Notes: a model not told the origin generated them from the sequence alone. DNA of 64,000 bases from an uncultured Burkholderiales bacterium (GCA_903887325.1 CAISPG010000093.1:9931-73930); one strand, 5' to 3'; shown: positions 41,627-52,248, numbered from the stretch's first letter. Made by a program: numbers and translations.

Positions 41627-41993
41627 CACCAATGTGCTGGTGCGTTTGTTGGTCAGAGACGATGCCAGGCAAGCAAAAACAGCAGACAACTACATCAGCA
41701 AAGGCGCATGGGTGTCGCATCTGGTCTTGGTAGAAACCGTCTGGGTGCTTGATGCCGTCTATCACCGAAGTCCTGCGCAACTGGCTGCGGCATTAGAGCT
41801 GCTATTGGTTCACGAAAGTTTGGTGTTGCAAGATGCCGATGTGGTGAAGGCGGCATTGACACATTTCAAAGCCAAGCCTGTTTTGGGTTTTTCAGATTGC
41901 ATGGTGCTGGAAATTGCACGCAAAGCAGGTCACACGCCCTTAGGCAGCTTTGATAAAGCCTTGGCTAAGGTCGGCGGCGTGCACAAGCTGTAA
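41613..41993 (+). CDS. vapC: PIN-domain toxin (VapC family)
   Basis: IDTNVLVR, LVETVWVL, FSDC, SFDK: all four PIN acidic positions present. Confidence 0.85.
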   Translation: MHAIDTNVLVRLLVRDDARQAKTADNYISKGAWVSHLVLVETVWVLDAVYHRSPAQLAAALELLLVHESLVLQDADVVKAALTHFKAKPVLGFSDCMVLEIARKAGHTPLGSFDKALAKVGGVHKL

Positions 41994-42004
41994 GTCGCAG
42001 GCTT

Positions 42005-42460
42005 TTATTCATAAGGATTGGCAATCCCCAGTCCTGCCAATAACTGCACTTCATAAGCTTCCATGGCTTTGGCATCTTTGAGCGATGTTTCATGGTCCCA
42101 GCCTTGGGCGTGCAATGCGCCATGCACCAGCATATGCGCGTAATGCGCTTTCAAAGATTTGCCGTGTGCTTTTGCTTCGCTGGCCACCACTGGCGCACAC
42201 AACACCAAGTCGGCCAACACCACAGGCGACTGTTGGTAATCAAAGGTCAGCACATTGGTGGCGTAATCTTTGTGCCGGTAACTGGCGTTCAAGGCGCGGC
42301 CTTCTTGTTCATTCACGATGCGCACTGTCAACTCAGCATCTGCTGCCAGCGCATGACGCAAACAACGCGCTACCCAATGGCGCGGTAATGCCGCACGGTG
42401 ACGCGCTGCATAAGCGATATCGCCGAACTGCAAAGACAAAGACAACTGTTTCAGCGCCAT
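42005..42460 (-). CDS. ybeY: rRNA maturation RNase YbeY
   Basis: LNASYRHKDYATNVLTF; HMLVHGALHAQGWDH zinc motif. Confidence 0.95.
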   Translation of the reverse strand: MALKQLSLSLQFGDIAYAARHRAALPRHWVARCLRHALAADAELTVRIVNEQEGRALNASYRHKDYATNVLTFDYQQSPVVLADLVLCAPVVASEAKAHGKSLKAHYAHMLVHGALHAQGWDHETSLKDAKAMEAYEVQLLAGLGIANPYE

Positions 42461-42463
42461 GGC

Positions 42464-43402
42464 TTAAACAGTTTTGCGTTGCTTGTCATAGGCGTCGACG
42501 ATGCGCGCAACAAGTGGATGGCGCACCACATCCTTGCTGGTGAAATGCGTGATGGCGATGCCATTCACTTGCCTTAAAACGTGTTCCGCTTCTATCAAAC
42601 CGCTGGGACTGCCTTTGGGTAAATCGATTTGACTCACATCACCGGTGACCACCGCTTTGGCACCAAAGCCGATGCGGGTGAGAAACATTTTCATTTGCTC
42701 GGGCGTGGTGTTTTGCGCTTCATCCAAAATGATGAATGCATTGTTCAAGGTGCGACCGCGCATGAACGCCAGTGGCGCAATTTCTAAAGCGCTGCGCTCA
42801 AACGCTTTTTGCACTTTGTCAAAACCCATGAGTTCATACAAAGCGTCGTACAGCGGACGCAAATACGGGTCGACTTTTTGGCCCAAATCACCCGGTAGAA
42901 AACCGAGTTTTTCACCGGCTTCAACCGCAGGGCGTGTGAGGATGATGCGCTGCACCGCGCTGCGCTCCAGCGCATCCACCGCGCTGGCCACAGCCAAATA
43001 GGTTTTGCCGGTGCCCGCCGGGCCAATGCCGAAGGTGATGTCGTGGCTGGCGATGTTCTCCAGATACAAAGCTTGTGTCGGGGTTCTCGCGCTCACATCA
43101 TTGCGCCGAGTGTTGAGCGTCTGTGCGTTGGATGGCATCTGCGAGTCCCCTGCCAGCATCAATTGCACGTGTTCTTTGGGAATAGGTTTAGCCGTGCGTT
43201 CGAACATGGCTTGCAACACTTCCAAAGCGCGGTTGGCATTGACCTTGAGGCCGTCTATCTTGAATTTTTCGTGGCTGTGAGAAATCTTGACCTGTAAGCC
43301 GGTTTCTATGGTACGCAAATGTTCATCCAACGCTCCGCATAAATTGCCCAAACGGGTGTTGCTGCTGGGACTGAATTGGTGGCGAATAATCAAAGTACCC
43401 AT
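42464..43402 (-). CDS. PhoH-family ATPase (PhoH-like/YbeZ)
   Basis: GPAGTGKTYLA, LTRPAVEAGEKLGFLPG, PLAFMRGRTL, LDEAQN, DVVRHPLV; adjacent to ybeY. Confidence 0.94.
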   Translation of the reverse strand: MGTLIIRHQFSPSSNTRLGNLCGALDEHLRTIETGLQVKISHSHEKFKIDGLKVNANRALEVLQAMFERTAKPIPKEHVQLMLAGDSQMPSNAQTLNTRRNDVSARTPTQALYLENIASHDITFGIGPAGTGKTYLAVASAVDALERSAVQRIILTRPAVEAGEKLGFLPGDLGQKVDPYLRPLYDALYELMGFDKVQKAFERSALEIAPLAFMRGRTLNNAFIILDEAQNTTPEQMKMFLTRIGFGAKAVVTGDVSQIDLPKGSPSGLIEAEHVLRQVNGIAITHFTSKDVVRHPLVARIVDAYDKQRKTV

Positions 43403-43587
43403 CCGCTAAGCGTGAACCCCGAGAGGGCGGGAAGGGGTTGTCGATGAACCATGGTGTAGGTGGACATAAAGAAATTCTGTCTTTAACTGCTAAGGAAACA
43501 AAGCATACTCTATGGCAAAAGCCCACTCTCAGAGACAATTCCAATCGCGCTGATAATCGACGCTGAACCTCACACATACAACAACAC

Positions 43588-44163
43588 ATGATAGGCAAAC
43601 TCAGCGGCACGCTCATTGAAAAAAATCCACCGCAGGTGGTGCTGGATTGCCACGGTGTGGGCTATGAAGTCGATGTGCCTATGAGCACGTTTTACAACCT
43701 GCCTGCGGTCGGCGACAAGCTGAGCTTGCTCACGCATTTTGTGGTGCGCGAAGATGCACAAATTCTGTATGGCTTTGCTACCGCTGAAGAGCGCGTAGCG
43801 TTTCGCCAGTTGATCAAGATTTCCGGCGTGGGCCCGCGCATGGCGCTGGGCGTGCTCAGTGGTTTGAGTGTCGCCGAACTGGCCCAAGCCATCACTTTGC
43901 AGGAAGCCGGGCGTTTGGTGAAAATTCCGGGCGTGGGCAAAAAAACCGCTGAACGTTTACTGCTTGAACTCAAAGGCAAGATGGGCAGCGACTTGGGCGT
44001 GAACGCCGCACCGCAGGCGCATTCGGCACAAAACGATATCTTGCAAGCGCTGATGAGCTTGGGTTACAGCGACAAGGAAGCCTCTGCCGCTTTGAAGCAA
44101 CTGCCCGCAGACATAGGCGTCAGCGACGGTATCAAGCAAGCCTTGAAGGCCTTGGCCAGATAA
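43588..44163 (+). CDS. ruvA: Holliday junction branch migration protein RuvA
   Basis: [46 protein letters not shown]. Confidence 0.97.
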   Translation: MIGKLSGTLIEKNPPQVVLDCHGVGYEVDVPMSTFYNLPAVGDKLSLLTHFVVREDAQILYGFATAEERVAFRQLIKISGVGPRMALGVLSGLSVAELAQAITLQEAGRLVKIPGVGKKTAERLLLELKGKMGSDLGVNAAPQAHSAQNDILQALMSLGYSDKEASAALKQLPADIGVSDGIKQALKALAR

Positions 44164-44166
44164 ACC

Positions 44167-45249
44167 ATGAGCATACAAACCGACAGCTTTGGCAGCGACT
44201 TCACACCTGATAACCGGGTCGTATCAGCCGCACCTGTCAGCCCCAGAGAAGAGGCGATAGAGCGCGCTTTGCGTCCCAAGTTGTTGCAAGACTATGTGGG
44301 CCAGGCCAAGGTGCGCGAGCAACTCGAGATTTTCATTGGTGCCGCGCGTCAGCGCGATGAAGCACTCGACCATGTGTTGTTGTTCGGGCCGCCGGGATTG
44401 GGCAAGACTACGCTGAGTCACATCATTGCGCAAGAGCTCGGTGTGAATTTGCGCCAGACCAGCGGACCGGTGCTGGAAAAGCCGAAAGACTTGGCCGCGC
44501 TGCTGACCAATCTGGAAAAAAACGATGTGTTGTTCATCGATGAAATTCATCGCTTGTCGCCCGTGGTTGAAGAAATTTTGTACCCGGCGCTGGAGGACTA
44601 CCAGATCGACATCATGATCGGCGAAGGTCCGGCGGCACGCAGCATCAAACTCGATTTGCAGCCGTTCACGCTGGTCGGCGCCACCACGCGTGCCGGTATG
44701 TTGACCAACCCGTTGCGCGATCGTTTTGGTATTGTGGCGCGCCTGGAGTTTTATTCGCCTGAAGAACTGCTGCGCATCGTCATGCGCAGCGGTGGTTTGC
44801 TCAAAGCCCAATTGCATGAAGACGGCGCGTTTGAAATTGCACGCCGCTCGCGCGGCACACCGCGTATCGCCAACCGTTTATTGCGCCGGGTGCGTGACTA
44901 TGCAGAAGTGAAAACCGATGGTCGCATCAGCAAAACCGTGGCCGAAGCTGCACTGGCTATGCTGGATGTGGATGCACAAGGTTTTGATTTGATGGACCGC
45001 AAACTGCTCGAAGCAGTGATTCACCGTTTCGACGGTGGACCTGTTGGTTTAGACAATATTGCTGCCAGCATAGGCGAAGAACGCGACACCATCGAAGACG
45101 TGATCGAACCGTTTTTGATTCAGCAAGGATTTTTGCAACGCACGCCGCGCGGGCGCATTGCCACGCTGGCAGCGTACCGCCACCTCGGTGTGGCGGCTCC
45201 GGCGGCCACACAAAATGCATCCGGTTTATTCGGCATTGAAGCTGAATAA
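44167..45249 (+). CDS. ruvB: Holliday junction branch migration helicase RuvB
   Basis: [59 protein letters not shown]. Confidence 0.98.
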   Translation: MSIQTDSFGSDFTPDNRVVSAAPVSPREEAIERALRPKLLQDYVGQAKVREQLEIFIGAARQRDEALDHVLLFGPPGLGKTTLSHIIAQELGVNLRQTSGPVLEKPKDLAALLTNLEKNDVLFIDEIHRLSPVVEEILYPALEDYQIDIMIGEGPAARSIKLDLQPFTLVGATTRAGMLTNPLRDRFGIVARLEFYSPEELLRIVMRSGGLLKAQLHEDGAFEIARRSRGTPRIANRLLRRVRDYAEVKTDGRISKTVAEAALAMLDVDAQGFDLMDRKLLEAVIHRFDGGPVGLDNIAASIGEERDTIEDVIEPFLIQQGFLQRTPRGRIATLAAYRHLGVAAPAATQNASGLFGIEAE

Positions 45250-45253
45250 AAAA

Positions 45254-45895
45254 TCAGGTACTGCTTTCCTCGCGCGCGTCTGTGTCTAAATGACGCTCGT
45301 CCGCCCAGCCTACCAGTTGCAAACCTTGCGGTGTCCATAAGAGCCGGTTGATAGCGGTATTGCGCAAACCCCAACTGCGAGCTACTTGCAAGTCCTGACC
45401 GGTGGCGATGCGATAAATGATGTCCAGCACACCGCCATGAGTCACCAGCGCGATCTGCTGACCCAGGTGGCGTGCAGCGATGTCGTTCACCATGTGAAGC
45501 ACACGTGCGTGCAGCATCCACAAACTCTCTCCGCCATTGGCGGGTGTCCAGTGCGGGTCACGGTCATGCCAGCGCGTGGCGTCTGCGGGATGCGCTTGTT
45601 TGATTTCTTCCCAGGTCAAACCCTCGAAAGCACCATAGTGACGTTCGCGCAATGGCTGTATGCGGCTGACTTCCAGTGCGTGGTGTGAGGCTATGTGTTG
45701 GGCTGTGACAAAGGCACGACTCAGGTCGCTGGCATAAACGGCTTGTATCTGTTCATCCGCCAATGCCTTGGCTACTTGCTGTGCTTGCCACAAGCCCTGC
45801 GGATTCAGTTCAATGTCAATTTGTCCCTGGATACGGGTGGCTACGTTCCAGTCGGTTTCGCCATGACGTATAGCGAGTATGTGTGTGGTTTCCAT
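45254..45895 (-). CDS. histidine phosphatase family protein (GpmB-like)
   Basis: RHGETDWN, SDLSRA, LRERHYG, VTHGG motifs. Confidence 0.9.
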   Translation of the reverse strand: METTHILAIRHGETDWNVATRIQGQIDIELNPQGLWQAQQVAKALADEQIQAVYASDLSRAFVTAQHIASHHALEVSRIQPLRERHYGAFEGLTWEEIKQAHPADATRWHDRDPHWTPANGGESLWMLHARVLHMVNDIAARHLGQQIALVTHGGVLDIIYRIATGQDLQVARSWGLRNTAINRLLWTPQGLQLVGWADERHLDTDAREESST

Positions 45896-45975
45896 TTCAA
45901 GAGTGTATGCAATCCGGTTTGCACGCATGTGACAAAATCACAGAAATAGCATGACCGTTCTTTTTAAAAGGAAAT

Positions 45976-46638
45976 ATGTCAGACACTCTCTCTACGCATA
46001 ATGGCACTGACAAGCAATTGGTACGTCAGCGCTTATTGCAAAAAGGTCAGCAGACCAAGGCAGCCATCATCGATACCGCACTGGGCATGGCAACGCAAAT
46101 CGGTCTCGAGGGTTTGAGCATTGGTGCCGTGGCTGACGCCATGCAAATGAGCAAGTCAGGTGTGTTTGCGCATTTCGGCTCGCGTGAAGAATTGCAAATT
46201 TCGGTCATCCGTGAATACCATCAGCGGTTCGAGCATGAAATATTTTTTCCCGCCATGGATTTGCCGCGTGGTCTGCCGCGCTTAAAAGCTTTGTTCAACA
46301 ACTGGATGCAACGCACCAGCGCAGAAATAGATTCCGGCTGTTTGTACATCAGCGGCGCCGTGGAGTTTGATGACCGCCCCGGACCCGTGCGAGATGCCCT
46401 GGCGAGTTCCGTCAAGACCTGGTTGACCGCTTTGCACCGTGCGGTGCTGCAATCGCGTGATGAACAGCATTTGTCAAAAGACACAGACGCGACGCAAATG
46501 TCTTTTGAAATACACGGATTGATTTTGGCTTTGCATTACGAAGCGCGGTTTTTGAAGTCGGCCAAAAGCTTGCAACGCGCCAAACAAGGTTTTGAACATA
46601 TTCTGGAGCGTTACGGCGCTTCTTCATTGAAAACGTGA
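45976..46638 (+). CDS. TetR/AcrR-family transcriptional regulator
   Basis: GLEGLSIGAVADAMQMSKSGVFAHFGSREEL helix-turn-helix. Confidence 0.92.
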   Translation: MSDTLSTHNGTDKQLVRQRLLQKGQQTKAAIIDTALGMATQIGLEGLSIGAVADAMQMSKSGVFAHFGSREELQISVIREYHQRFEHEIFFPAMDLPRGLPRLKALFNNWMQRTSAEIDSGCLYISGAVEFDDRPGPVRDALASSVKTWLTALHRAVLQSRDEQHLSKDTDATQMSFEIHGLILALHYEARFLKSAKSLQRAKQGFEHILERYGASSLKT

Positions 46639-46666
46639 ACACGCTCAAACCAAGGAGGAATCCAAC

Positions 46667-47107
46667 ATGAAAAAAACCATCAGCATGCTGATTGCCTGTG
46701 TCAGCATCAGTGCCGGTGCACAGATGACGCCTGCCGGGCTCTGGCACACCATAGACGACGAAACCCAATTACCCAAAGGCGAGGTACGCATCACCGACAA
46801 CAATGGCGTGTTGTCAGGCGTGATCGTGCGTGCATTGAAAGAAGATCCTAAAGCCAAAACGGTTTGTGATTTGTGTAAGGATGACCGCAAAGGTCAAAAA
46901 ATCATAGGCATGGAAATATTGCGCAACCTGACGCGTGAAGGCAAGGACAGCGACTATCTGTGGGCCGGCAAGGGCACTATCCTGGACCCGGACAACGGCA
47001 AGGTGTACGAAGTGAAAATGGTGCCTGTCGAAGGCGGTAAGCGATTAAGAGTGCGCGGCTATATCGGTCCTTTTTATCGCACCCAGTTCTGGGAACGGGC
47101 TGAGTAA
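46667..47107 (+). CDS. DUF2147-type secreted protein
   Basis: signal peptide; GLWHTIDD, CDLCKDDRK, ILDPDNGKVY, LRVRGYIG, RTQFWER; AGGAGG RBS. Confidence 0.85.
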   Translation: MKKTISMLIACVSISAGAQMTPAGLWHTIDDETQLPKGEVRITDNNGVLSGVIVRALKEDPKAKTVCDLCKDDRKGQKIIGMEILRNLTREGKDSDYLWAGKGTILDPDNGKVYEVKMVPVEGGKRLRVRGYIGPFYRTQFWERAE

Positions 47108-47141
47108 CTCATCGGCTGAAAAAATTCAAACAGGAATATCA

Positions 47142-47900
47142 ATGACTGCCATTTTGCAAAGCAAGGAACACGGCGTTTTAACTCTGACCATCAACCGGGT
47201 GGACAAGAAAAACGCATTGACAGCTGATATGTATGCGGCATTGGCAGATGCTTTGTCGCTGGCAGCGGCTTCAGAAGAGGTGCGCGTGGTCTTGCTTCAA
47301 GGCCATGAAACCGTGTTCAGTGCCGGCAATGACATCGCGGATTTCTTACAGCAACCGCCGGCCAGCCCGGAGTCTGCGGTGTCGCGTTTTTTACGCGGCA
47401 TTGCCGTCTTTCCCAAACCTTTGCTGGCTTCGGTCTGCGGCCCTGCCGTGGGTGTTGGCACTACCATGCTGTTGCATTGCGATCTGGTCTATGCCGGAGA
47501 CAACGCTGCGTTTTCCATGCCGTTTGTCAACCTGGGTTTATGTCCTGAGGCCGGGTCCAGCCTGCTGGCGGTTCAGCTCATGGGTTACCAGCGCGCCGCT
47601 GAAGCCTTGCTGATGGGAGAGCCTTTCATGGTTGAGACGGCTTTGGAATTGGGACTGATCAGCCGTGTGTTGCCGCCTGCCGAGGTGAATGCTTATGCGC
47701 AGTCGCAGGCGCAAAAAATGGCGCGCAAACCGCTTAGCTCGCTGATGGAAACCAAGCGCTTGATGAAGTCCGCGCGCACACCTTCTGTGCTTTCGCAAAT
47801 GGATGAAGAAGCGGTGGTGTTCGGCCGTTTGTTGAAAGCACCGGCCGCTGTCGAAGCTTTCAGCGCTTTCATGGAAAAGCGCAAGCCGGTGTTCAATTGA
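47142..47900 (+). CDS. enoyl-CoA hydratase/isomerase family protein
   Basis: KKNALT, FSAGND, GPAVGVGTTMLLHCD, PFVNLGLCPEAGSS crotonase motifs. Confidence 0.92.
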   Translation: MTAILQSKEHGVLTLTINRVDKKNALTADMYAALADALSLAAASEEVRVVLLQGHETVFSAGNDIADFLQQPPASPESAVSRFLRGIAVFPKPLLASVCGPAVGVGTTMLLHCDLVYAGDNAAFSMPFVNLGLCPEAGSSLLAVQLMGYQRAAEALLMGEPFMVETALELGLISRVLPPAEVNAYAQSQAQKMARKPLSSLMETKRLMKSARTPSVLSQMDEEAVVFGRLLKAPAAVEAFSAFMEKRKPVFN

Positions 47901-47931
47901 AGTCTTATGAGCACGCTCCCTGAGAGCAGTG

Positions 47932-48360
47932 TCAGATCTGCTTGCGCGCAATCGGTCTGGGCTTGCCTTGGGCGTCAATCGCCACATAAGTCACATTCGC
48001 TTCTGTGACTTTCAGGTACACACCTTGCATACTGAAGCGCTCAGCAAACACTTCGACTTTGACAGTGATGGACGTATTGCCGATGCGAGTCACTGAGCTG
48101 AAAAAACTCAGTATGTCGCCGACCTTGACGGATTGCTTGAAAATAAATTCATTGACGGCCACGGTGGCTATGCGACCGTTGACATAGCGTGCGGGTAACA
48201 CCGCGCCGGCCAAGTCAACCTGGGCCATGACCCAGCCGCCGAAAATATCGCCGTTCTGGTTGCAGTCGGCCGGCATGGGAATGACTTTGAGCACCAGTTC
48301 GGCGTCCTGCGGCAAACCGGCTACCGTCTGGCGGGAATCTTTGGCTTGGGTCACAGGCAC
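47932..48360 (-). CDS. acyl-CoA thioesterase (hotdog fold, YciA-like)
   Basis: MPADCNQNGDIFGGWVMAQVDLAG, RIGNTSITVKVEV, VTYVAID. Confidence 0.9.
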   Translation of the reverse strand: MPVTQAKDSRQTVAGLPQDAELVLKVIPMPADCNQNGDIFGGWVMAQVDLAGAVLPARYVNGRIATVAVNEFIFKQSVKVGDILSFFSSVTRIGNTSITVKVEVFAERFSMQGVYLKVTEANVTYVAIDAQGKPRPIARKQI

Positions 48361-48394
48361 AATCCAGGTTGTTGTTTAACCTGTATTGTGCTTT

Positions 48395-50218
48395 ATGCGT
48401 CACCACGCTGCCTCCTCTCCTGCTTTGCCTGCCCACACCCCGCCCCGAGTCGCCGCTTCGGATTGGATAACCTTAAGAAAGCTGTTTCCCTACCTGTGGG
48501 AATACAAATGGCGGGTCATGGCGGCTTTGTCCTTCATGGTTGGCGCCAAGTTGGCCAATGTCGGTGTGCCGTTGTTGCTCAAGGAATTGATTGATGCCAT
48601 GACGCCGCAACCAACAGGTGCTCAAGTTGCGTTGGTGGTGCCGTTGGCCTTGCTGATAGGCTATGGTTTGTTGCGATTGTCAGTGTCTGGTTTTACTGAA
48701 TTGCGTGAACTGGTGTTTGCGGCGGCCACACAAGGCGCTGCGCGCAAAATTGCATTGCAAACTTTTGAGCATTTGCACAATTTGAGTTTGCGTTTTCACC
48801 TGGAACGCCAAACCGGCGGCATGAGCCGCGACATAGAGCGTGGCGTCAGAGGCATCGAGTCTTTGATCACGTATTCTCTCTACAGCATAGTGCCGACTTT
48901 GATAGAAGTGGTGCTGGTGCTCAGCATTCTGGGCGTGAAGTTTGACAAGTGGTATGCCATCATCACTTTGACAGCTTTGGCGCTATATATTTATTTCACT
49001 GTCACCGTCACCGAGTGGCGCACCCAGTTTCGCAAACAAGTCAATGAATTCGATTCCAGCGCTCACACGCGGGCGATTGACTCGCTGCTGAACTATGAAA
49101 CTGTCAAATACTTTGGCAATGAAGCCTTTGAAGCCTCACGCTACGACGAAAACCTGAACAAACTCCGCCGAGCTCGCATCAAAGCACAAAACTCTTTGAG
49201 TGCGCTCAACATCGGCCAGCAACTCATCATTGCGGTCGCCTTGGTTGCCATGTTGTGGCGCGCCACTGAAGGCGTGGTTCAAGGGCGCATGAGCCTGGGC
49301 GACCTGGTGATGATCAATGCTTTCATGATTCAGTTGTACATACCTTTGAATTTTCTGGGTGTGATTTACCGCGAGATCAAACAAAGCCTGACCGACTTGG
49401 AGCGCATGTTCATGCTGCTGGAAAAAAACCGCGAAGTGGCAGATACCGAGAATGCGCAAATACTTCAACTGAACAGGCCGCCTGAAGTGCGGTTTGAACA
49501 AGTGCATTTCGCCTACGAAGCTGACCGGCCTATCTTGCACGGCATCAGCCTGACCATTCCTGCGGGTAAAACAGTGGCGGTTGTCGGTCCATCCGGTTCC
49601 GGCAAATCCACGCTGGCGCGCTTGTTGTTTCGTTTTTACGATGTGCAGCAAGGCACCATACGGATTGACGGGCATGAAATACGGCAGTTAACCCAGGACA
49701 GCGTGCGCAAAGCCATAGGCATAGTGCCGCAGGACACCGTGTTATTCAACGACACGGTTTACTACAACATCGCCTATGGCAACACCCGGGCTTCGCGTGA
49801 GCAGGTGGAGGACGCCGCCAGATCGGCGCGTATCCATGACTTCATCGCCTCCACACCGTTGGGTTACGAAACCATGGTCGGCGAGCGCGGCTTGAAGTTG
49901 TCCGGCGGCGAAAAACAAAGGGTGGCGATTGCCCGCACTTTATTGAAAAACCCGGCGATTCTGATTTTTGATGAAGCGACATCGGCGCTGGACAGCAGCA
50001 ACGAGCGCGCCATACAGACCGAATTGCGCGAGGCGGCGCACAACAAAACCACGCTGGTGATTGCCCACCGTTTATCCACGGTGGTGGATGCGCATGAAAT
50101 TCTGGTGCTTGATGCCGGTCACATCATTGAACGCGGCACCCATGCGCAATTGCTGGCCGCCGACGGACGCTATGCGCAAATGTGGTCGCTGCAACAAAGC
50201 CAGGAAGAATCGGCTTAA
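48395..50218 (+). CDS. ABCB-type exporter, ATM1/HMT1-like (fused permease and ATPase)
   Basis: [63 protein letters not shown]. Confidence 0.92.
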   Translation: MRHHAASSPALPAHTPPRVAASDWITLRKLFPYLWEYKWRVMAALSFMVGAKLANVGVPLLLKELIDAMTPQPTGAQVALVVPLALLIGYGLLRLSVSGFTELRELVFAAATQGAARKIALQTFEHLHNLSLRFHLERQTGGMSRDIERGVRGIESLITYSLYSIVPTLIEVVLVLSILGVKFDKWYAIITLTALALYIYFTVTVTEWRTQFRKQVNEFDSSAHTRAIDSLLNYETVKYFGNEAFEASRYDENLNKLRRARIKAQNSLSALNIGQQLIIAVALVAMLWRATEGVVQGRMSLGDLVMINAFMIQLYIPLNFLGVIYREIKQSLTDLERMFMLLEKNREVADTENAQILQLNRPPEVRFEQVHFAYEADRPILHGISLTIPAGKTVAVVGPSGSGKSTLARLLFRFYDVQQGTIRIDGHEIRQLTQDSVRKAIGIVPQDTVLFNDTVYYNIAYGNTRASREQVEDAARSARIHDFIASTPLGYETMVGERGLKLSGGEKQRVAIARTLLKNPAILIFDEATSALDSSNERAIQTELREAAHNKTTLVIAHRLSTVVDAHEILVLDAGHIIERGTHAQLLAADGRYAQMWSLQQSQEESA

Positions 50219-52248
50219 GGCAAATCAGTGTCTTCCGGCGGTTCGTCTTTGTCGCGCGGTCCGATTTTGCCCAGCCGGGCTTTGAGTGACTGCGGTTCAC
50301 CGCTGATGAGCGCGGCATACATGGTGGTGTTGCTCATCACTTTTTTGACGTAGTCACGGGTTTCAGTGAACGGAATACATTCGGCCCAAATGGCACCTTC
50401 CAGTGTCGGGCCGTTGCGCCATTTGCGCGGCCGACTCGGACCGGCGTTGTAGGCTGCTGCTGCCATGGGCATGGAGCCCTGGAAACTGCTGAGCACCAGC
50501 TTCATATAGCCGGTGCCGATGGCGATATTGACGTCTCTTTGGTTCAATTGTTCGGTCTGGAAATTTTTCAAACCCAGTTTTTTAGCCGTCCATTTGGCGG
50601 TGCGCGGCATGACTTGCATCAGTCCGCTGGCGCCGACACTGGAGCGTGCGTCGGTGATGAAACGGCTTTCCTGGCGCATCAGGCCATAGACATAGGCGGC
50701 ATCCAAGTTAATGTCGCGCGTGCGAACCAGCACTTCATCATGAAAAGGCATGGGGTAGCGGTGATTGACATCAAACAGTTGGGTGCGCTCGCTGGTGTTG
50801 ATACAGCGATCCCAGATTTCGAGTTCGCAGGCCCATTGGGCAACCGCAAGTTTTTCGCGGTCAGTCATGCGTCCGCGCTTGCCCTGGGCATCGACCATGC
50901 CGGCGGTGTAGTTCCATTCGCGCACGCCGTCTTGGCGTAAGCCTATGTGAATCGCATGAATTGCGCGTTGTAAACCGGGCAGGGCTTTGACGGCTTCCAT
51001 TTCAGCCACTGTAGGCGCGGCAGGACGAGCAGGTAAAACAATTTTGCGGCCTAATTCTTCTTCAGCCAGTTGCTCATAAAAGCCCTGGTGACCAGCAATG
51101 CTTTGCAAGCCCATCAAGGCCTGCGGCATGGCAGTGGTCGATACCGGTTGGCGTGCGATCAGCGAACGGGCGCGCCAGTACACCCATGCCGGGTCTTTTT
51201 GTGCAAGCGGACTCATGGCTTCAATGGCTGCTTCGATCATGGACCAGTTCGGCTTGCCCGGCGCGCGCAGTGCTGCCCTGACCTTCCAGGCCAGTATGTC
51301 ATCTGGCAAACCATGGCCGCCACCGGCCAGCGCGAAATAGTCGAGTGCGTTGTTGTCAAACTCCATCGCCGCCTGGCGGGCGATGACGGCCCAAACCCAT
51401 TGCAGTTGTTCGGCATTCAATAGTTTGACGGCTTTGCTGTTGTGCATCTGTTTGATGGCTGCTTCGTGGTCATTGGCCGCGAGCTTGACCAGGGCCAGCG
51501 TGACCCATTCGTTCGATTCCTTGCCTAGCGAACTGGCGCGTTGCTGCAAAAAACGCGAGGGATTGGCCATTAACTCGTCAAGCTTGGCCATGCTTTGTGA
51601 AGACACCATGCGCAAAGCGTCGCGCGCCGGCGGTTTGCGATTGATTTCAACCATGCTGCGCGCCTTGCGCCAGGCATCTAGCGCATTGGCTTGTTTGGCT
51701 TGCAGCAATTTTTCAAAGGCGTAGGTACAGCCTTCATCGGCATTGCGTTGCGACAGCCAGGTGCGGCGGATTTGCTCTTCCTGCGTTTGCGTGTCGATGA
51801 ATTTTTTCTGGCTGCTGTGCAGCCAGTTGGCATAACACTCGACTTCCTTGTCGTCATGCATGCGGTAGAGCGCGTATTCACGCTCAAACTGCGACCATTC
51901 CTGGCGTTGTGCCAGTACCAGCAACCAGTCGTTGCGCAGGCGGTCTTCCTGGTAACTGCCGACGTATTTGTTTAAAAAGTCCTTGACTTCATTGTCATTG
52001 GCGTCGCCCAGTCTGACGCGCAATTCCCAGTAGGCGGCCCATGGCTCCAGGATATGGCCTTTGGCCTGCGGCAACAGGTGAGAGAGTTTTTTTCTGTCGT
52101 TATGGGTGAAAGCATTCGACATATCGACGATGACGGCATCATTTTTGTCTGACATATGAAGCGGGGCTGACAAACTGACTGCCGGGGCAGACACCGTCAG
52201 CATGCCCCAGCAGAAAATGGTGCTGAGGCGATTTAAAAAATAAGGCAT
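50215..52248 (-). CDS. slt: soluble lytic murein transglycosylase (Slt70-like)
   Basis: alpha-helical N-terminal region; SLT domain MRQESRF, GLMQVMP, AYNAGP, IPFTETRDYVK; start uncertain. Confidence 0.9.
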   Translation of the reverse strand: MPYFLNRLSTIFCWGMLTVSAPAVSLSAPLHMSDKNDAVIVDMSNAFTHNDRKKLSHLLPQAKGHILEPWAAYWELRVRLGDANDNEVKDFLNKYVGSYQEDRLRNDWLLVLAQRQEWSQFEREYALYRMHDDKEVECYANWLHSSQKKFIDTQTQEEQIRRTWLSQRNADEGCTYAFEKLLQAKQANALDAWRKARSMVEINRKPPARDALRMVSSQSMAKLDELMANPSRFLQQRASSLGKESNEWVTLALVKLAANDHEAAIKQMHNSKAVKLLNAEQLQWVWAVIARQAAMEFDNNALDYFALAGGGHGLPDDILAWKVRAALRAPGKPNWSMIEAAIEAMSPLAQKDPAWVYWRARSLIARQPVSTTAMPQALMGLQSIAGHQGFYEQLAEEELGRKIVLPARPAAPTVAEMEAVKALPGLQRAIHAIHIGLRQDGVREWNYTAGMVDAQGKRGRMTDREKLAVAQWACELEIWDRCINTSERTQLFDVNHRYPMPFHDEVLVRTRDINLDAAYVYGLMRQESRFITDARSSVGASGLMQVMPRTAKWTAKKLGLKNFQTEQLNQRDVNIAIGTGYMKLVLSSFQGSMPMAAAAYNAGPSRPRKWRNGPTLEGAIWAECIPFTETRDYVKKVMSNTTMYAALISGEPQSLKARLGKIGPRDKDEPPEDTDLP

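Noticed and set aside
43403-43587. LexA (SOS) box upstream of ruvA
   Set aside because: CTGT is present but no ACAG at 8-bp spacing.
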